Part shown: piece by piece, positions 12,620 through 27,511 of the stretch
Layout of the letters: the number at the start of each line of letters is the position of its first letter
Numbering within the stretch: the first letter of the stretch is position 1
NCBI GenBank assembly: GCA_951406725.2
Contig: OX597818.1
Location: 72,230,001-72,294,000 of the forward strand
Direction: 5' to 3'
Source of the DNA: Octopus vulgaris
Lineage: Eukaryota
Length of the DNA: 64,000 nucleotides
The notes under the pieces: generated by a model
What the model was told of the DNA's origin: nothing
Databases searched by the model: none
The model's input: the letters and a program-made list of their open reading frames with translations, nothing else
Program-made: the position numbers and the translations under genes

Positions 12620-13232
12620 AGAAATAAAGTGAGTGACTGTATTTCCTCATAACATATAGAGAAATGGATGTCTTTTAAGGTACACAGTCATATAGAACGT
12701 CGTCACGGTCGTGGTATAAAATGTCGTTAGGATAGTTGAATTATAGAAAGTTTATAATGTTAAATTTATGTAATGCACATATGTAAATGAAAATAAAGTT
12801 TATTTGTTAGCCGAAAGATTACTGAATCATTCGATGCCCCATACGTCAAAATCGGCAACTCAGTTTTCGAATGTATTCATCAGTTTCCGTAAATTTTAAA
12901 AATTTCTTTATGCTTCAAAGCCTAAAGAAATTGAAAGAAAAGAGAAAGTGAAACCGCGATATTTGCTTTGAAGTGAGAGCAGAAAATGAAAGAGAGGAGA
13001 AAGTGAAAGATGTATGTAAATGTATATGAAATAGACGTATGTGTATGTGTGTGCTTGTGTGCGCGTGCTTGAGAGAGAGAGAGTGAGTAAGTGAGTGAGG
13101 TGTATTTTGTCATTAGTGTGTAAGTGGCTATCACTCGGTCTCTCTCTCTGTCTCGCGCACACACAATCTTTCATACACATACATAAATTCATATGCATAA
13201 TATTTTTGTGTATATGCGTGTGTGTGCGTGTG

Positions 13233-13293
<61 letters not shown>

Positions 13294-13948
13294 AATAGTG
13301 AGTGACTATTTTGTCATAACATATAGAGAAATGGATATCTTCAAACTTACACTCTCATAGAAAATGTGACGTCGTCGTCGTTGCCGTCGCGGTATAAAAT
13401 GTTTATGAGATTTGACTTATATAAGTCAATTCTATATAGAAAAGATTATAATGTAAAATTTTTGTAATGCGAATATGTAAATGGAAATAAAGTTGATTTG
13501 GTAGGCGTAATATTACTGAATCTTTAGATATGCCATAAGTTAAACTCAGCAACTTAGTTTTCGAATGCATAAGGAAGATATGCACACACACAAACTCTCT
13601 CTTATATATATGGAATACGTCCCTGTCTGTCGTTATCGCTGTCTGTCTCACATTCCCTGTGTGTTTATCAATTTCCTGTTTCCTCCCCTTCCCTGATATC
13701 AACTACCCTCATTATGCTACATTTCCCTGAACTTAACACTTTTGCACCCATCTCATTTTATCATGTAAAAGCCCTACCCATGTAGTCGGTCTGTCATAGA
13801 TGATTTCTATTGAAATCTAATTTGTAATTGAACTGGATACGAAGTTTGGTGAAGATTGGTTCCCTGGTTTGGGCAGCAAGATGCTAACAGTCAGACGGAC
13901 AGACAGACGGTCAGACAGAGAGACAGAGATCACTACTTATAGATAAGA
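12620..13948 (-). mobile_element. Probable non-autonomous Helitron-like repeat with an internal ~250-bp duplication
   Basis: 12630-12875 resembles 13295-13570. The right end aagtttggtgaagattgg...(gaca)n...ttatagataaga reads TCTTATCTATAA on the minus strand. Confidence 0.45.
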
Positions 13949-13971
13949 TATATATATATATATGTGTGTGT

Positions 13972-14017
<46 letters not shown>

Positions 14018-14509
14018 CTGTAATATAATATGTGACATTTATTCTGATGCTATAATAAAACTCCGAGTTTTGGATGGATGTCGGGGCGGAAACCTGCATC
14101 GGCATCTCTTCAGTTACCGAGGCAATCGAAATATGCTATGAAAATGACAGTTAAATAAGGGAAATAACCAAAGAGGAAGAAGTAAGAAGTAAAGGAGTAA
14201 AAATCGCGTATGCGCGCATGTACATACATACACATGCGCGCACGCACCCCCGCGTACATGTGCCTATATGAATATGCTCACTCACACTCACATGAAACAC
14301 ACACATGCGCACCCACATATACGCCAATAGGTGCACATATATATGCAACCATGTATATACACACACACACACACAGTCACATACACACACACGCACATTA
14401 AACTTTTCTATTTCTGTAAAAGCACTAGAAGTTCTCTTGCAATCTAATATATATGTAAAAATGTATTCTCAAGCTATTGGATAAAAGACTAAGTTTATGA
14501 ATAATAACG

Positions 14510-14648
14510 GTTTCAAATTGTGGCACAAGGCCAGCAAGTTAGGTCGAGTTGTAAGTCTATTACATCGACCTCACTGCTTAACTGCCACTTATTTTATCGA
14601 CCCGGAAGAATGAAAAGCAAAATCAACTTCAGCGGAAATTAAACTCAC
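14510..14648 (-). mobile_element. SINE family B fragment
   Basis: ggcacaaggcc...tttatcgaccc...atgaaaagcaaa (reverse complement of the core). Confidence 0.65.
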
Positions 14649-15454
14649 TTATGGATTATTTATATTAATACTCTGTTTGACTCGAAGCTATTGGTTTTAT
14701 GCATCGTTGAACTATCGTCTGTTGATTGGTTGTTATTGTGTTAGAGGAGGCTTTTTCGGAATAACATTGATGCACAGAAGAAAGAATGTGTGCGAAACCC
14801 GAACCCTAGGTATTCTAACTTGGAATATAATGCGGATGGGAGAGACAAAGGGAGAGAGGGAGAGAAAAGAAGAGGGAAAAGGAGAGAGAGAAGGTATGAT
14901 CTAACAGAAGTCACCGATCCATGAAATGAAAAACAAACGAAACCAAGTTTTGCCAGAAGTTGCAAACCAGTGATGGGTGAAGAATTTCTTGATGCCGTTG
15001 TCTACAATCATGTTCGTCAAATTTCTGGAGAGCGAGGGCCCACTCAAATAACAAAGATATCTCTCTTAGTTCTAGCTGTAAGGTGAATAAAAGATTTAAG
15101 ATAATAAAGAAGATTGTTGTTAATGATTCTCTCCATCAACTTCAGAACGCGGAAGCGGGAAAACGATAGCAGCCATGAATAGAAGTATGGTGTTCTTGGG
15201 AATGGAACAATCCGCAGTAAGTTACCGAGCTTGAGGCATATTCTTGCAGAAAAATAGAAATTTAAGTCCAAGATTGCAACAGAGGTATAACAGTAAAATT
15301 ACGCACGCACGCACACACACACACACACACGCACACACACACACACTCACACACACACACACATATACATCCATATATACATATATATATATTATGTGTA
15401 TATATACACATATGCACATTAATATATGCATACATATGATGCATATATATATAG

Positions 15455-15496
<42 letters not shown>

Positions 15497-15926
15497 TGAT
15501 GCGACGGTAACTCCACCAGGATAGACCCTTTCCTAAACGTGAACACACATAGCACACAAACTCCAAGCACAGACAAAATACGCCCTAATGATGATCTACC
15601 TCAGCACACAAGTATAAAAACACCATGCCCGAAAAAAACCCCCAAAATAATGCAAACAGCTTGATGACACAACAATTTGCCCAAAAAGACAAATCCAAGG
15701 GAGACAAATATCCAAAAGATGTCACCTGATTAATTTATTTATTATGTCATTCACGTGAATTTACGAGAAAACCTGCGAACTAAACGAGGCTATTTTTTTC
15801 CAAAATGTAGGCGAACACCTTTCTCCATGTGATCAGCTTGAAAAATTGTTAAAACACTAGGATATTTTCCTACTTTTCTTAACACCAATGGTAGCCTTAA
15901 TTCACAAATATATTGGTATGTGTGTG

Positions 15927-16010
<84 letters not shown>

Positions 16011-16389
16011 AATATGTATATATGTATATATAAATATATGTCCATTTACATATGCAAACATATATACACATATATACATATAAATATATACATATATATG
16101 AATGTATGCCAATATGTGTGTGTGTGTGTGTCTATGCGATGTTCAAACGGATTATAACTTTAAAAACTGCGTACGGCATTTTTACAAAATACTAAATTAA
16201 TTGTGTAAAGAATGCATCTAGTGACATTATTTTGTTTTTCGGAGTTTTCCTCCATGGGGTAACAACCTTGTTGTATAGATCGACTACTAATATCAGACGT
16301 CAGGTCTGTTATTCCTGTGCTTCAGGACTGGACTGATGCTATTTTAATTTCATTGTTCAGAGGAATGGGATCCAAACTACGCGAGAGTG

Positions 16390-17880
16390 TTTCAGAGCAA
16401 TTAGCCTACTTGAAATTATCGGTAAGATTTTTGCAATAATTTTACTTAATTAGCTAACAAAATGGATTTGCCCCGCTATTATACCGGGAAGTCAATGTAA
16501 TTTTAGATCAGATCGTAGTACAATAGACAGAATGTTTTGTTGCTCGTCAGCTCCAGAAGAAATCGAACATCATGTAGCTTTTTATCAGGTGTTTGTCGAT
16601 TAAACAAAAACCTTCGATACTTTAAATATTACTGCTCTCAGACCCGTTCTTTGGAAACTTGGATGTCCACCTCATTTCGTTAACGTGCTTAACTTACTCC
16701 ATAGTGATATTAATGCTAGTTTTAACTGCAACGGTTCACTCTCGGAGCCAATTTCCACCGATAGTGGGGTTAAACACAGTGATATTCCTACTCCAACACG
16801 TTTCTTCATAAATTTTGCTGTAACTGTCTCGTATGCTTTCCAGGACCATGATATTGGTGTCTGCATTCGCTTCAGAATCATAGGTTAGATCTTGATGTTA
16901 CACGCTTCAACGCAAAATCGAAGACTTTCCAGGCTCTTACCCATGCATTACTTTATACCGACGATATAGTTCTTATCACTCACTCTGAAGAAGACATGCA
17001 GGCTATAACGAATCGCTTCTCTCGAGCATGCACTGCATTTGGATTTACCATCAGCCTGGAGAAGACAAAACGCATGTTATCTTAGCCTTCAGGGGAACCC
17101 TATGTCGAACTTAACATGTTCGTCCGAAGTACAAGGTTAGATGTAGTCGACTTTCGTTTATCTTGGCAGCACTCACTCTAGAGAGGGGATCCCTTGTTCT
17201 GAAATAAATCTGACGATCAAAAAAGCCAGCAAAGTATTTTGAAGGCTCAAAAATACTATGTGGCCTGACAGAGGCATCATCACCAAACTCAAGCTCAGAG
17301 TCTATGAATTTTGCATTTTAACTGCCCTTTTGTATTCTTCCAAGAATTGGACTTCATGTCATTACATTTATGTCTGGAATGATTCTATCAAACTTGCCTT
17401 AAGAGGATCTTAAACATCAAATGGTAGTTTCTGAAACTAGACACTGTTGTTCTTCAGCAAGGCAACACGTTCAGTATTGAAATGCTTCACATGTGTAGTC
17501 AGATGCGTTGGGCTAAGAACGTTTCAAGGGTGCCGGATGACAGGTTACTTAAGCAGATGTTTCAAGGGGAGTTTCAACGTGGTAAACTTCCGAAACATAG
17601 ACCTAAGAAACGCTTTAAGGATGCCGTCAAAAGCAAACATAAATCTTTTAGTGTGAATGTTGAAGACTGGGAGTAGATGACAAAAACATTGAACGGTTTG
17701 TGACCTATAATGGTTGTAAAGCATTTAAAAAACGGTGAATTGGACAATCCATCTTGAAACACGAGCACTTCAATTCCAGACACTTTTCAGTCTGAAAATG
17801 TTTGTAAAGTTTACAGTAGAGTCTGTTTGCTCAAAATCGGATTTGCTAGTTATATATCTCAAGACAGCATTTATTAATTT
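16390..17880 (+). mobile_element. Degenerate RTE-clade LINE (RT and C-terminal region)
   Basis: RAISLLEIIGKIFA...PGSQCNFRSDRSTID...ARQLQ...FVD*TKTFD...GVKH...LLYTDD...FGFTISLEKTK...YLGS...QMRW...DRLLKQMFQGE...RPKKRFKD, with many stops and frameshifts. Confidence 0.88.
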
Positions 17881-17995
17881 AAGAGATAACCTTCTCCTGT
17901 AAAGACGTCGCAATCGCATTGATGCATGTACATACATACATACATACAAACATACATATGTATATATATGTGTGTGTGTATATATTATATGTATA

Positions 17996-18048
<53 letters not shown>

Positions 18049-18122
18049 ATGTAAGTATATATAACTGCACATATATGCACATAGGTATACACACACAAAC
18101 ACACACACACACATTTATATAT

Positions 18123-18167
<45 letters not shown>

Positions 18168-18289
18168 ACATACATACATACTTAAATACACACACATATA
18201 TATATATATATAATATATATATATATACACATATTAATGGTAGTTTGAGAAGGCTATGAATATATATAAATATATATTATAAATATAGT

Positions 18290-18488
18290 CGCCATGATAG
18301 ATCGGTAGCCACTACACACATTTTTTTCTCTCCTTGTTTCTCTCCTTGTTTTTTTTTCTGTGTCCCTTTCTGTAGAAGAGCATAGGCTCGAAACATAAAA
18401 TACTTTTTCTATTCCTGAGCGTTATACTAATACATCTGTTTGTTTTGTACACCACCTGACTTCGTCTTTTTTTTTCGTGAACTCTCCC

Positions 18489-18490
<2 letters not shown>
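18290..18490 (+). mobile_element. PLE-type 3'-end fragment with a decayed hammerhead (18366-18400), related to 27303-27516
   Basis: cttt-CTGTAGA-agagcataggctc-GAAA-cat-aaaa; shares downstream ttcctgagcg; ends in (TA)n. Confidence 0.5.
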
Positions 18491-18520
<30 letters not shown>

Positions 18521-19385
18521 TACGAGTACATATATCTTCATAGCCTTCTCCAAATACCATTCCGGTCTACTTTTCTATTTAGTTGAAAAGATGTTTTGTG
18601 ATTGTCCACCGCTACTCATTTGTATCTAAGCCACACGGCCAACTTATCGACTAAATCGAACCAACTGCTGTTTTCTTGACGCTGGAATGTTAGAAATCAA
18701 AAGTGACTTCATCAGGATGTGAACTCAGAAACTTAAACATGTAAATCCACGAAACAAGGTATTTTGACCAAGGCTCACCACCATCATCACTACTATTATT
18801 ATTCTTTTATTCGTTTAAGTCATTAAAGTGCGACCTTGCTGGGGACCGCCCGCTCGTTATTCTACCTTTTCTTCCATTTAAATTGCTACTGTGGCAATCC
18901 AATTATATTCCTGTTACCTTTTAATTTCTCTTAATTTTATATTAGAAGAAGTGGGAAGAAAGTGTTAAAAATAAATGCAAAAGCAAAATCAATTTTCAGA
19001 GTAAATTTGAAAAAAATATAAAACAACAAAAAACAGAAACAAAACAAGAAAGCTTTTTTTTTTGTTTTTAAATATATCCAGCTTACTCTGTTGGATCCGA
19101 TCTCGCAAAGAACTGCTTCCTGTTATCAATACCTTTCATTCTAATATCATGAATGTTTCAGAACCTTTTACACATATTAGATATGCAAGTCATACACCCA
19201 CACATACGAAACACACGCAGATGCACGTATATACACGCGCGCGCACACACACATCCAGACACACACACATGCCCGCATTGAAGCACATGTAAGAATATGA
19301 GGCTGCATATTGTATTTCTATTTCTGTCTCCCTCTGATTGTTTTCACTCTGGTACATTATATACATACATACATAAATACATACA

Positions 19386-19455
<70 letters not shown>

Positions 19456-19459
<4 letters not shown>

Positions 19460-19950
19460 TATTGTTATGAGAAAATGGGGGTCGAATCAATTAATTATTA
19501 ATAAATTCGACCAAGCAGTATTCGGTATGTAAAGACCATTTACGGTATATTTGAAGTATTAATTTATAAAAATATGGTAAAGTAAAAGAATTCACTTTAC
19601 CACACACCGAACTTTTCCGAAATAGCAGCCAAAAACTTGGCTATTTCTTCAACTGCAAATAAAAGTCTCCAGACAATGTATACTCAGAAAAATAACTCAC
19701 ATAGGAATAAGGGAAAAACAATGAAAGATCACATCCATATACGATACCCGATATATACGATACACATCGTATATGGATGTGATCTTTCATTGTTTTCCCT
19801 TATTCCTATGTGAGTTATTTTCTGAGTATACATTGTCTGGAGACTTTTATTTGCAGTTGAAGAAATAGCCAAGTTTTTGGCTGCTATTTCGGAAAAAGTT
19901 CGGTGTGTGTAAAGTGAATTCTTTTACTTTACCATATTTTTATAAATTAA

Positions 19951-19954
<4 letters not shown>
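19456..19954 (-). mobile_element. Fold-back insertion in (TA)n: ~100-nt tail + ~190-bp arms (19555-19745 / 19766-19954)
   Basis: The arms are reverse complements apart from single-base run-length indels. Same family as 38918-39210. Confidence 0.85.
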
Positions 19955-19995
<41 letters not shown>

Positions 19996-21101
19996 TTTGT
20001 GCATATATGTGTATATATAAATACATCAATATATATGTATATATATGTATGTATATGTATGTGTATATGTGTGTGTATGTGTGTGTGTTCGTGTGTGTGT
20101 GTGTGCGTGTGTGCGTGTGTGTATGTGTGTGTGTGTAACAAGATAAATATGAAATACGTAAAAAGCAGCGGAAATTGGGGTGACTGAAAAAAAAGAAACA
20201 GAGAACGAGCGAGAAAGAGAGAAAGAGACACGGGGCGTGTGCGAAAGAACCTAGGAGAGTGAGAAGGTGGGAAGGAATAGGAAGGATATTCCGTTGGTAA
20301 ATACGATAAAATCTTGTAGAATTTTATTGAATAAAAAAATCATGTATGGAAATTTCTCCAATTCATGTCCAGTTCTGGAAATTCCATTACTCGAGAGGAG
20401 CCAAACTTGATAATTGTATTTTGAGGGAATTAAGAACGGTTCTTTTGTATGTGCATTTGATGTAGCATTAATCAGGGTTCCTATATTTCACTCATGTAGC
20501 AAACCATAATTTACTTTTCAGTAGTTTTGTTACCATTTTTACCTTCCATATATTCAAATGTTTGACCATTTGTACATTTTACGGTTGGCTAACAGCACAT
20601 CTCATAGAAATGAAGCTTGATTTTATTATTGCTGTTAACTTTACAAACTACTTAATATTATTTAAGGGTGCCTGCCTATTGTAAACACATACAGACACAC
20701 AGACACACAGACACACAGACACACACACACACACACACACCACGCACGCGCTTACACGTGAGCTAAGTAACACATATACATATATCTGCAATGATAGCAG
20801 AAGAGCTAGAAAAGAACACGAACACAAACCAACAGACGCAAACAAATACACAAATACACAAATACACACATACACACACATTCACGCGCACACGGTCACA
20901 CACCACAAATATATGGAGAAATAAATTCAAAACATAAATGTGTACCTTTATATTGAGTTAAAATTTTGGCACAAGGCCAAATTCTATCTTTATATGAAAT
21001 ATATTTTCTGTAAAATATAACACTCCGTGTCTTTGACGACCCACTCTCTCAGTATATGTTTGCTAAATATACAAATATGTGTGTGTGTGTGTGTGTGTAT
21101 T

Positions 21102-21134
<33 letters not shown>

Positions 21135-21191
21135 CACATATATATTAATGTCATATCTGTATACCGATATATGCCTGCGCATATATATTCG

Positions 21192-21377
21192 TGGCTATCT
21201 AGTACGAAGTTTACTTCCCAACCAGCCAGCCACATAGTTCAGGTTCAGTTCCACTACGAACCGCCTTGGGTAAAATATCTTTTACTATAAGCTCGGGCCG
21301 ACCAAAGCCTTGTAACTGGATTCAGTAGACGGAAAATGTAAGAAACCCATCACACACACACGCACACACATATGTAA

Positions 21378-21408
<31 letters not shown>

Positions 21409-21545
21409 TGTATGTATGTATGTATGTATGTATATATGTGTGTGTGTCTTTGAATCTGTTTGTCTGTCAACAACGACTGACAACCGTTGTGGGTGTGTTT
21501 ACGTCCCGTAACTTACAGGTTCGGCAAAAGAAAACGATATAAGTT
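21192..21545 (+). mobile_element. SINE family A
   Basis: ggttcagttccact...ccttgggtaa...cgggccgaccaaagccttg. Confidence 0.75.
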
Positions 21546-21669
21546 CCAGGAATATATATGCGCATATATATATGACATTAATACACACACACACACGCAC
21601 GCACACACATATATATATATATCATATATGTCATACACAAACACACACATACACACACACACACACACA

Positions 21670-21710
<41 letters not shown>

Positions 21711-21920
21711 GTATTTGTATATAAAACAGGCATATAATAGAAAACATATTTCATTTAAAGATACAACTTGGCCTTGTGCCAAAATTAAGTATTGGAGTCC
21801 ATTCGTTCGACTGATATTCTACAAGGTGGTGCCCCAGTATGACCACATTCTAATGACTAAAGTGAAAGATGTATATGTGCATTACTTATACAAGCACACG
21901 CACACACACACACGCACACG

Positions 21921-21993
<73 letters not shown>

Positions 21994-21995
<2 letters not shown>

Positions 21996-22312
21996 AGGCG
22001 CATTGGCCCAGTAGTTATTGCAGCGGACTCGCCGTAATAGGATCGCGGTTTCGATTCCCAGAACGGGCGTTGTGAGTGTTTATTGAGCGAAAACACCTAA
22101 AGCACCACAATGCTTCTCTCACTCTTTCTTCCTAATGCTGTTGTACTTGTATTTCAAAGGGCCAGCCTTGTCAAGCTGAATCTCCCCGAGAACTATGTTA
22201 AGGGTACACGTATCTGTGGAGTGCTCAGCCCCTTGCACATTCATTTCATGAGCAGGCTGTCCCGTCGATCAGATCAACTGGAACCCTCGTCGTCGTAACT
22301 GAAGGAGTACCA
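21994..22312 (+). mobile_element. tRNA-derived SINE (separate family)
   Basis: A box tggcccagtagtt, B box gtttcgattcc, then a non-tRNA body ending gtcgtaactgaaggagtaccac. Confidence 0.65.
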
Positions 22313-22484
22313 CGAAATATATATATATATGTGTGTGTGTGTGAATGTGTGTATACTGATGTGCATGTTATATCAGTAAAATTTTAATGAAAGCATAGCT
22401 TTTTAGTTGGGAAGCTCACTTCGCAAACATTCGGTTTTGAGTTAAACCCCACTAGGCGGCTCTTTGGAAGAAGTGTTTTCTGCT

Positions 22485-22668
22485 GGCAGAATCTTTAGCA
22501 CACAAGAAAAATACTCCTTAGTGGCGTTTCGTCTATCTTTATGTTCCGAGATCAGAATCTGCCTAGGTCGAATTTCTTTTTCAACCTTTCGGGATCGATG
22601 GAATATGTACCTGTTGAGCACTAGGGTCGATATAATTGACTAACTTTCTCCCTGTAAATTTCAGACCT
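22485..22668 (+). mobile_element. SINE family B, diverged
   Basis: gttccgagatcag...ggtcgaatttctttt...ctttcgggatcgat. Confidence 0.6.
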
Positions 22669-22977
22669 GTAAAAAGGAGTAAGAAAACAAAGTTGAATGC
22701 GTGAGTTCGCTACTCGGAGTTTCCTCAGATCTGCTTTCATATTGTTTGAAGAGAACGCGAAGTAGCAACTCACATATATTTAGATTTCAATAAATAACGT
22801 TATCTCAGTCTGTAACTGCATTGAAGAAGTTGTTTTTCTTTCTCATTTAATTACATTATTGCACATCTGCGAAAATGACGAATCCACTAAACACACACAA
22901 ACACACACTCATACATATTTATACATACGTGCGTGTAATATATATAAATACAAATGCATACGTCCATCCATCCATCC

Positions 22978-23063
<86 letters not shown>

Positions 23064-23166
23064 TTATTTATCGATCTATCTATCTATCTTTACAGATACA
23101 CTAACGCGCATGCAGAAACCCGCACACACACGACATACTGACGCAGACAGACAGTCAGACACACAG

Positions 23167-23226
<60 letters not shown>

Positions 23227-24019
23227 ACACACACACACACTTATGTTGGTATTTGAAGGTTTTTCTTTTTATTTGGGGTAAAGAGAGAAAAAGAAACATG
23301 AAAGAAGATGGAAAATGATAAAGGAGAGAGAGAGAAGCGAGGGAAAAAGAAAGAGACAAAGAGAAAGAAGAAGAAGAGATAGACAGAAAAAAAGGGGGGT
23401 CTTGAGAGGGGAAATAGAATCTTTGCCTCATTTCCTCGCATTTACTTTTTTGTATCCAAAGTTGGAAACCTTATTAAGTCATGGCTGTTGAACACAGTGT
23501 TGAATAGAAGTTAGAAAGTAAAGAATATATTCTACCATTATACAAGTGAAGGACTAACCATCATCGGAAGTGAAGCGATGCGGCTCGGAACATTTCCAAA
23601 TGATAAACTCCTGCAAATTCTTTCATAGATACTTTCCCACATTCTTCACCCCTTTCTCGCCGTTTCTTTTGTTCCATTCTTTATCAACTCTTTTGTCCAC
23701 GATTCTACTTTTGTTCTAGCCTTGTTGTTGTTGTTGTTGTTGTTGTTGTTCTTCTTCTTCTTCTTCTTCTTCTTCTTCTTCTTCTTCTTCTTCTTCTTCT
23801 TCTTCTTCTTCTTCTTCTTCTTCTTCTTCTTCTTCTTCTTCTTCTTCTTCTTCTTCACTTCCTTTAGGTACTGTACTACACGTTAGATCTTCCTTGGAAG
23901 CTTCCAGTAATATTATTCTTCTATGAAGTTTCTAGCCCTTCGTATTTACTATAGTATTTTTGCAAAACAAATTTACTGTTGTGTGTAGCCTCCTGCGATA
24001 TTTCTCAGAACATAATTTA

Positions 24020-24852
24020 GCGAATCCGAGAGAAAAGGACGTCGACGAGAATCAACTGGCTGGTCTGTTCTGGAGGACTTTCGGGCCGGAGCATATGGAT
24101 AATTTCCAAAAATCCTTCTGGCAGTGCTACAAGGGTGGGTGGAGGTAGCATTGCCGGTTCGGGATAAATTCTACAGGCGTGGAAATGCCGCCAGCCGGGC
24201 TTGTCTGAGATGCAAGCAGAGCGAATAAACTGTTCTGCATGCTTTCGTCCAGTGCCTGAGCATTGTTGACTTCCGGATTTATGTAGAACACCTACTGCCA
24301 CGTGCAGGATAGATCCGGCTGTCGGCTGAGTCCATTGTAAATATTTTCCCGCCACCTTCCTTTGGCTGAGGAGGGCAAGCAGTGTTTCTTTGCCCGGTGG
24401 TCTTAGCTAAAAAGGCTGTATGGTGCACCAGATGAAAAGGGCTGAAGACACTTACCTCATTGGCCAAGCTCTGATCATACTTTTCAAGTTTGACTTGAAA
24501 AGAAAGTTGGGGGGTAGAGAGGGAAGTGCTGCCTCCCAGCAATTTTATTGAAAGGTGGAGGAATGCGGCAAAATTCGACCGAGTAAACGGGCCTACTATA
24601 AGAATGCACCTGTAGAATGATGGAGAATGATCGCAACAGTGCATTTGCTCTAGTAGTCAGAGCGACCGAGGTTTGTGGAGTCTCTGTGAGCAGCCCAAGG
24701 AAGTCTCCCTCTTTTGGTGGATTTTTTGTTAAAATTTATAATGTTATCGTCTTTTGTTTCTGTTTACACACTTCAGTTTATGCAACTCCACGTTGTATTA
24801 TTCTCTTCCGTCCCCAATGTTTCTTGTGAAAACTTAGTGGTTAATAAAGAAA
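24020..24852 (+). mobile_element. L1/Tx1-like LINE 3' fragment (C-terminal zinc-binding region after RT)
   Basis: Plus strand ...FWQCYKG/ALPVRDKFYRRGNAASRACLRCKQSE*TVLHAFVQC (CxxC-x7-H-x4-C). AATAAA near 24843. Confidence 0.7.
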
Positions 24853-24872
24853 TCATTATTATTATTATTATA

Positions 24873-24938
<66 letters not shown>

Positions 24939-25481
24939 GAGTGAGATAGCAGTGAATGCCATTAAAGTGACACTGAGGTAAAATATACGAAGCCCAGTAT
25001 ACCTATCATGACTACCCATCTGATAAGGGTACACCAGGCACATGTATCACAACCATATGTGCACGACATGGTGATCTCATATCAAGATAAGCAGCACATG
25101 ACCTCGCAGATGGGGCCCAGTTAGAATTTTATTCAAGTCGAGTAACCCATCTCGCTCAAAAGGTCCCTGAATAAGGATTGTTTAAAGATGTTGAATGAAA
25201 CACATGTTTCCAGAGGTGAATTATTCAAACCCCAAAGATCCCTCTCAACACATGGCTATGATGCTCCCCCACTACTTCTGTTCATGATCAGAGATGCACA
25301 TATCATCAGCCACTAAGGACATGCTAAACAGGTTAAGGTCAAACAACTGACAAGCAAATCTGTGGTATTGAGCAGAATGTTTGCTGTAGCCCATCTTTTA
25401 TACCAAGACAAAACAATGTACATGATAACACTTCCAATCAGTTAAGATCAGAAGCCATGAGAGCCACTGCCTGGTACTGCA
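24939..25481 (-). mobile_element. ~555-bp (TAA)n-associated repeat family C, copy 1 (partial re-duplications follow to ~25735); strand is arbitrary
   Basis: Reverse complement of 25968-26524; abuts (ATT)n. Confidence 0.85.
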
Positions 25482-25751
25482 AAGAATTTCTCTCAGCACA
25501 CGGCTATGATGATCCCCCACAACATTTGTTTTGATAAGAGATGCACATATCATCAGTCACCAAGGGAATACTAAACCCTGTTAAGATCAAACAACTGACA
25601 AGCAAATCTGTGGTATTGAGCAGAATATTTGCTGTAGCCCACTTTTTATACCACGATAAAATATACACGATAAAACTTTCAATCAGTCAGGAGCGAATTT
25701 GTGGTATTGAGCAAGCAAATATGTGGTATTGCTGAAAAAAATCTGTGTATC

Positions 25752-25803
<52 letters not shown>

Positions 25804-25829
25804 TAATAATGATGATAATAATAATAATG

Positions 25830-25944
<115 letters not shown>

Positions 25945-25967
25945 TAATAATAATAATAATAATAATA

Positions 25968-26524
25968 AATGCCCTGATGCAGTACCAGGCAGTGGCTCTC
26001 ATGGCTTCTGATCTTAACTGATTGGAAGTGTTATCATGTACATTGTTTTGTCTTGGTATAAAAGATGGGCTACAGCAAATATTCTGCTCAATACCACAGA
26101 TTTGCTTGTCGGTTGTTTGACCTTAACCAGTTGAGCATGTCCCTTAGTGGTTGAGGATATGTGCATCTCTGATCACGAGCAGAAGTAGTGGGGGAGCATC
26201 ATAGCCATGTGTTGAGAGGGATTCTTTAGGGTTTGAATAATTCACCTCTGGAAACATGGGTGGTTTTTTCAACATCCTTAAACAACCCTTATTCAGGGAC
26301 CGTTTGAGCGGGATGGGCTACTCAACCTGAAGAAAATTCTAACTGGGCCCCACTTGCAAGGTCATGTGCTGCTTATCTTGATATGAGATCACTATGTCGC
26401 GCACATATGGTTGTGATGCATGTGCCTGGTGTACCTTTATCAGACGGGTAGTCATGATGGGTATACTGGGCTTCGTATATTTTACCCCAGTGTCACTTTG
26501 ATGGCATGAACTGCTCTCTCACTC
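25968..26524 (+). mobile_element. Repeat family C, copy 2 (complete)
   Basis: (AAT)n-tgccctgatgcagtacc...ctctctcactc-(AAT)n. Confidence 0.85.
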
Positions 26525-26558
<34 letters not shown>

Positions 26559-26569
26559 GTAATAATAAT

Positions 26570-26702
26570 ATATTTCTTTACTACCCACAAAGGGTTAAAC
26601 ACAGGGGACAAACAAGGACAGACAAAGGGATTAAGTCGATTACATCGACCCCAGGGCGTAACTGGTACTTAATTTATCGACCCCGAAAGGATGAAAGGCA
26701 AA

Positions 26703-26733
<31 letters not shown>

Positions 26734-26915
26734 TATAATTCCCTTTTACATTCCGAGTTCAAATTCCGCGACGTGGTCGACTTTGCCTTTCAACCTTTCG
26801 GAGTCGATAAATTAAGTACCAGTTACGCAATGGGGTCTATGTAATCGACTTAATCCCTTTGTTTGTCCTTGTTTGTCCCATCTGTGTCTAGCCCCTTGTG
26901 GTTTGTAAAGAAATA
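26570..26915. mobile_element. Two SINE family B fragments in opposite orientation (26570-26703 minus, 26745-26915 plus)
   Basis: Core present on both strands around an (AAT)n spacer. Confidence 0.75.
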
Positions 26916-27140
26916 TATTTATGTGTACGTCACGTCTCAGCTCCAAGAAATTGATGCACTATATATTGCTGATGTCCTTCCTCCATGTTCCAGGTTTGTC
27001 GATACTCCTACTCTATAGTCTCTTTTCTTTGGCTCACTCCTAATATAACAGTGCTGCTATTCCACAGGATAGATCACAGGCACGATACCTTCACTAAAAC
27101 CTCCAGCCTCATTGATGCCGAAAGGCCATATATATATCTC

Positions 27141-27278
27141 TCTTTTACTCTTTTACTTGTTTCAGTCATTTGACTGCGGCCATGCTGGAGCACCACCTTT
27201 AGTCGAGCAAATCGACCCCGGGACTTATTCTTTGTAAGTCCAGTACTTATTCTATCGGTCTCTTTTGCCGAACCGCTA
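27141..27278 (-). mobile_element. SINE family A 3' fragment
   Basis: ttgtttcagtcatttgactgcggccatgctggagcacc. Confidence 0.75.
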
Positions 27279-27302
27279 AATATATATATGTATATATATA
27301 TC

Positions 27303-27511
27303 CATTCAAAATGTAACCTCGTGTGTACCGTTGGCGATTTCTTCCCCTCCGTCTTCCCTTCTTTGGACCTTTCCTTTTCCTATGTTTCTGACGAAGAGCT
27401 CCGCTCGAAACGTTAAACCCTCCTTCTCTCCTTTCCTGAGCGGCCAATAACACTATACTTGTTCCAAACCTCGCGTTGTTGTGTTTTCTCTTTGTGTTTT
27501 TATGTTTGGAT

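Noticed and set aside
21994-22070. Possible tRNA gene (also 36379-36452)
   Set aside because: A and B boxes are present, but the cloverleaf stems do not pair fully and the sequence continues into a repeat body. These are SINE-type heads.
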